Source: a virus
Taxonomy: Duplodnaviria > Heunggongvirae > Uroviricota > Caudoviricetes
IMG/VR virus record: IMGVR_UViG_2802429224_000009
DNA: 28,217 nt
Direction: 5' to 3' (one strand)
Under the pieces are notes generated by a model that did not search any database, was not told the DNA's origin, and worked only from the letters and a program-made list of their open reading frames with translations. Below, one piece after another: positions 24,597-28,217 of the stretch. Position 1 is the stretch's first letter; each line of letters begins with the position of its first letter. A program made the translations under genes and the position numbers.

Positions 24597-24936
24597 TAAA
24601 CCGCTTTACATTGATTTGCTCATCACCGGCCGCAATCTCACGCTGAACAGCGCCAGTGAGCCGGTGTTATGCAACAACAGGGAAAGTATTGCCCAGGACT
24701 GCCAGCACGCCATCATTGAGAGCGGACTGGCAACGCGCCTGCTGGCTGAAAAAAGCCCGACGCTTCGTGCCGACATCATGATGCAGATGACACTGCTGAT
24801 TGAAGATGATGAGCGCATCACACCTGGCACGGTCAGTGTGACAGAAGAAACCCTGCTTTCTGGTCGCCTGCTGATTAGCGCCCACACCGAAGATTTTTTT
24901 GAACCCCTGACTTTTACGGTATCTCTTGATGATTAA
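24586..24936 (+). CDS. Putative baseplate protein, gpW/gp25-like (116 aa)
   Basis: Track ORF 24460..24936; ATG at 24586 (MHTDKPLYIDL...) overlaps the tape-measure stop. Size and position before a J-like gene fit; assignment tentative. Confidence 0.45.
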   Translation: MHTDKPLYIDLLITGRNLTLNSASEPVLCNNRESIAQDCQHAIIESGLATRLLAEKSPTLRADIMMQMTLLIEDDERITPGTVSVTEETLLSGRLLISAHTEDFFEPLTFTVSLDD

Positions 24937-26113
24937 CGGCAAACCTACCGCAGATTACGAGCGCATTCTGGCTGATAATGGCATGCCGGTAACCGAAGAA
25001 CAGGCTCGCGCTGAATTTGAAGCCATTGTCAAAGACGAAGGGCTTATCACCAACACTTCCCGCATGTCGCCGTTCTGGCGACTGATTACAGCTATCACCA
25101 CAAGACCCGTGATGTGGCTGAAAGATGCGCTGGTTAATGTGGTGATGAAAAACCTGTTTCTGGCTGATGCCAGCGGTGTATTCGTTGATGTTTTTGCCTG
25201 GGCGGTAAACCTGCAACGCAAGGCCGCCACGCACGCAGCCGGCGTGATTCGTTTCACCAAAAACGACATTGATCGCGCAGTTACCGTGTCGGCCGGTACG
25301 CAGATTCAGACAGAACGCATTAACGGCGTGATTTATACGCTGACCGTTGTCAGGGATACCGTTATTCCGGCAGGAACACTCAGCATGAACATCGATGTTT
25401 CTGCGGAACAGGCCGGAGCCGGCTTTAACCTTGCGCCGGGATATTACCGCATCCTTCCGGTGGCGATTGATGGTATTGCCGGCGTTGAGAACGATGAAAA
25501 CTGGCTGACCACACCGGGTGCCAACGAAGAAAGCGATGACGAGTTGCGTGATCGTGTTCGCAATCAGTTTAATCTTGCCGGCGCTTATCACACTGATGCA
25601 GTTTACCGGGGATTAATTGCCGGCGTTGCCGGCATCAGTGCCGACCGCATCTATTTTCTGCATGACGCACCACGCGGCCCCGGCACAGCAAATGCTTACA
25701 TTCTGCTGGATACCGGCATCGCATCCGAACCGTTCGTTGATGCAGTAAACGCATTCATTAACGATGAAGGTCATCACGGACACGGTGATGATCTGCGCTG
25801 TTTTTCCATGCCTGAAACACGCCACACCCTGACCGTGACACTCTGGTTATATGCAACGCTGAACCTCAGCGATGAGGAAATTCAGACGTTATTGCGCAAT
25901 GTGGAAAATCTGGTTCGCTGTGCATTTCGAGAAAACAGCGATTATGACGTTCAGAAAACATGGCCGTATAGCCGTTTCAGCATGTCCAGACTGGGCGAAG
26001 AGATCCACCAGGTATTTCCACAGGTGGAGTCGGTTACATTTTCTCTTCCGGATATTCTCAGTGATCTGGCTGTTCCTCGTCTGGAATCCCTTACTGTGGA
26101 GGTGAGCGCGTGA
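24929..26113 (+). CDS. Baseplate J-like protein (394 aa)
   Basis: ATG at 24929 (track begins at TTG 24926); order W-J-I-H as in P2; general resemblance to baseplate J family. Confidence 0.55.
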   Translation: MINGKPTADYERILADNGMPVTEEQARAEFEAIVKDEGLITNTSRMSPFWRLITAITTRPVMWLKDALVNVVMKNLFLADASGVFVDVFAWAVNLQRKAATHAAGVIRFTKNDIDRAVTVSAGTQIQTERINGVIYTLTVVRDTVIPAGTLSMNIDVSAEQAGAGFNLAPGYYRILPVAIDGIAGVENDENWLTTPGANEESDDELRDRVRNQFNLAGAYHTDAVYRGLIAGVAGISADRIYFLHDAPRGPGTANAYILLDTGIASEPFVDAVNAFINDEGHHGHGDDLRCFSMPETRHTLTVTLWLYATLNLSDEEIQTLLRNVENLVRCAFRENSDYDVQKTWPYSRFSMSRLGEEIHQVFPQVESVTFSLPDILSDLAVPRLESLTVEVSA

Positions 26114-26745
26114 AACTTCCGGAGATCCCTGAATTCCCGCTCCCCACCTGGATGAATAAAGGCGAGCCGTTAACGCTGGCACATTCATCGCATCGCTACT
26201 GGGAAAAGGTATACAGCTGGCTGACGTGGCCACTACAGCAGATTGATGTCGACACCTGCGCAGAGCCTTTACTTAACCTGCTGGCTTATCAGCGCAATAT
26301 CACCCGATTTAAAGGTGAGCCGGTTTCGTTATTTCGCTTAAGAGTGAAACACGCGTTTATTAACGCTCAGGACTCTGGCGAACGCGCCGGCTTCGAACGC
26401 ATCTTTAAGCGTCTTGGCGTGGGAGACGTTAAAACACTGGAACGGCAACTGCAGCATGACTGGGACGTTATTTTACTGCGCATTAATGACACCCAGTTAA
26501 GTGAAAACAACGCGCTGATGATGCAGCTCGTGCGCCAGTATGGTCGTACCTGCAGGCGCTATTTCTTTCAGGTAATCAATACAACCACTGCCCGGCTGAC
26601 AGCCGGCACATTCGATGGCCATTACAGGTATCACACAGCAGAAGCAACGGTGAGAAAGGACACCATCTGGTTAACCGCTTCGCTACAGGCAGGACATTAC
26701 GGCCTGTCCGTGGAACATTACACATTACAGGCAGATGAAGCATGA
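26110..26745 (+). CDS. Tail protein I-like (P2 gpI family)
   Basis: GTG start at 26110 overlapping the J stop, GGAGGTG RBS; lies directly upstream of the tail fibre gene; loose pattern similarity to P2 gpI. Confidence 0.55.
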   Translation: MKLPEIPEFPLPTWMNKGEPLTLAHSSHRYWEKVYSWLTWPLQQIDVDTCAEPLLNLLAYQRNITRFKGEPVSLFRLRVKHAFINAQDSGERAGFERIFKRLGVGDVKTLERQLQHDWDVILLRINDTQLSENNALMMQLVRQYGRTCRRYFFQVINTTTARLTAGTFDGHYRYHTAEATVRKDTIWLTASLQAGHYGLSVEHYTLQADEA

Positions 26746-28217
26746 GCACGATTATTACTGAACAGTACGAACACTGGTGCGCAAATCAAATCATCAGTGG
26801 AAAACCTGCGCGCCCGGATACATTTGTTTTTGCATATATTCCGGGACAGGATGAATCCGCAGAGATCCCCCGCGATGAGATACTCCCTGATGAATCCATG
26901 ATTCAGTATCGTGCGCCGGTCACCCAGTACGGCCTCCTGTCGCCGAACGCGACCGCGTTTTCCATCATTCTGGACACGACAGTCGGCGACTTCGAATACA
27001 ACTGGATCGGTCTGCTGAACGAAGAAAGCGGCGTGCTCTGCATGATTGCACACACACCTCGTCAGCAAAAAATTAAAACAGCGAACGGCGTGCAGGGAAA
27101 CAACCTGATCCGCACATTTTCCATGGAGTTTGACGGCGCAGCCGCAGCAATGCATATCGATGTCAGCGCTGATGTCTGGCAGATTGATTTCACTGCACGC
27201 CTTGCAGGAATGGATGAGGCCCGCCGGCTGCTGGCGTTTGATCACTACGGTGAAGCCGCTTTTCTGGGGGATGGTTTTCAGGTCAGCTATCAGGACGGTA
27301 CCGCCACTGTTGCCGCCGGCGTGGGCTATGTGGGAGGTCTGCGCGTCAGTCTGCGCGAACCTTACAGCCTGCCGGCTGCGGTCGGGGATACCCTCTGGAT
27401 TGATGCAAGCTGGCAGGGATTTGTTACCGGCGAATGGAATACCGTTTTTACGTTCTGCGCCCGCCAGGAACATGCGTCCTATACAGACGGTAACGGCTTC
27501 CGACACTTTGTCGCGCCACTTGCAAAACTGACAGCAGATGGCCCACAGGACCTGCGCCCGGAGACACCCGACGAGGAACAAAGCAATGCACTGGCAGAGC
27601 ACGAAAAATCCCGCCATCATCCGGACGCAACACTGAAGGAGAAAGGCTTTGCGCAGTACAGCAACTCCACCGACAGCGACGCAGAAGACCGCGCCGCCAC
27701 ATCAAAAGCAGTAAAAGCCGCAATGGATAAGGCAAAAGGCGCTGTTGAGCGCGACGGTGATACCATGACCGGGGAACTAAAAATCCGTGGTGTTAATGCG
27801 CTGAGGATTTTCAACGAAGCCTTTGGCCTGATTTTTCGTCGTTCGGAAGAGTGTCTTCATCTTATCCCTACCAGTGAAGGTCAGGGCGAGAGTGGTGATA
27901 TTGGTCCTCTCCGTCCGTTCACCATTAACCTGCGGACGGGTGAGATATCCATGTCGCATAAAGTGTCCGTTGGCGGCGGTTCTCAGGTCAATGGTGCGCT
28001 GGGTATCGGCGTTCAGAACGCGCTGGGTGGAAACTCAATTGCTTTCGGGGATAACGATACCGGGCTGAAACAGAATGGCGACGGCATTCTGGATGTTTAT
28101 GCGAATGGACAGCATGTATTTCGTTTCCAGAATGGTGTGGCAATAGCGTTAAAAAATATTCAGGCCGGAAATGCTAAAAAATTCACGTTATCCAGCGCCA
28201 ACAACTCCACGAAAAAC
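26742..28217 (+). CDS. H: Tail fibre protein (P2 gpH-like), 3'-truncated by the window edge
   Basis: ATG at 26742 overlapping upstream stop. Segments AEHEKSRHHPDATLKEKGFAQYSNSTDS...SKAVKAAMD and NALGGNSIAFGDNDTGLKQNGDGILDVYANGQHVFRFQNGVAIALKNIQAGNAKKFTLSSANNSTKN match P2 gpH almost residue for residue as recalled. Confidence 0.85.
   Translation, partial: MSTIITEQYEHWCANQIISGKPARPDTFVFAYIPGQDESAEIPRDEILPDESMIQYRAPVTQYGLLSPNATAFSIILDTTVGDFEYNWIGLLNEESGVLCMIAHTPRQQKIKTANGVQGNNLIRTFSMEFDGAAAAMHIDVSADVWQIDFTARLAGMDEARRLLAFDHYGEAAFLGDGFQVSYQDGTATVAAGVGYVGGLRVSLREPYSLPAAVGDTLWIDASWQGFVTGEWNTVFTFCARQEHASYTDGNGFRHFVAPLAKLTADGPQDLRPETPDEEQSNALAEHEKSRHHPDATLKEKGFAQYSNSTDSDAEDRAATSKAVKAAMDKAKGAVERDGDTMTGELKIRGVNALRIFNEAFGLIFRRSEECLHLIPTSEGQGESGDIGPLRPFTINLRTGEISMSHKVSVGGGSQVNGALGIGVQNALGGNSIAFGDNDTGLKQNGDGILDVYANGQHVFRFQNGVAIALKNIQAGNAKKFTLSSANNSTKN

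Noticed and set aside
1-28217. CRISPR array, rRNA, IS element or transposase
   Set aside because: No regularly spaced identical direct repeats, no rRNA-like segments, and no transposase-like ORFs or terminal inverted repeats were found; the only recombinase is the phage integrase.

Overview
This window is most of a P2-like (Peduovirus-type) prophage, read from its integrase end into the tail genes. The order is: tyrosine integrase (-), P2 C-type repressor (-), a divergent switch region, Cox (+), then about 5 kb of small early/accessory ORFs (1832-6754). That accessory block includes a winged-helix protein and a small membrane protein translationally coupled to an SPFH/band-7 lipoprotein, followed by a highly structured non-coding stretch. 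Next come the rolling-circle replication initiator (gpA-like, 946 aa), an R1-type ParM/ParR actin-like partition cassette with flanking repeat elements, an unknown ORF, and a non-coding interval where cos is expected. The late region follows: Ogr/Delta zinc-finger activator (-), portal Q (-), large terminase P (-), a divergent late-promoter region, scaffold O, major capsid N, small terminase M and head completion L. The contractile-tail block is not in P2 order: sheath, tube, a holin-like protein plus M15 peptidase, a chaperone with a -1 frameshift, tape measure, W/J/I-like baseplate proteins, and a tail fibre H that runs off the right edge. The left attachment site lies outside the window. 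The best candidates for an undescribed system are the SPFH lipoprotein operon and the ParMR cassette sitting in an integrase-bearing prophage. All homology statements come from reading the translations against remembered family features, not from database searches.
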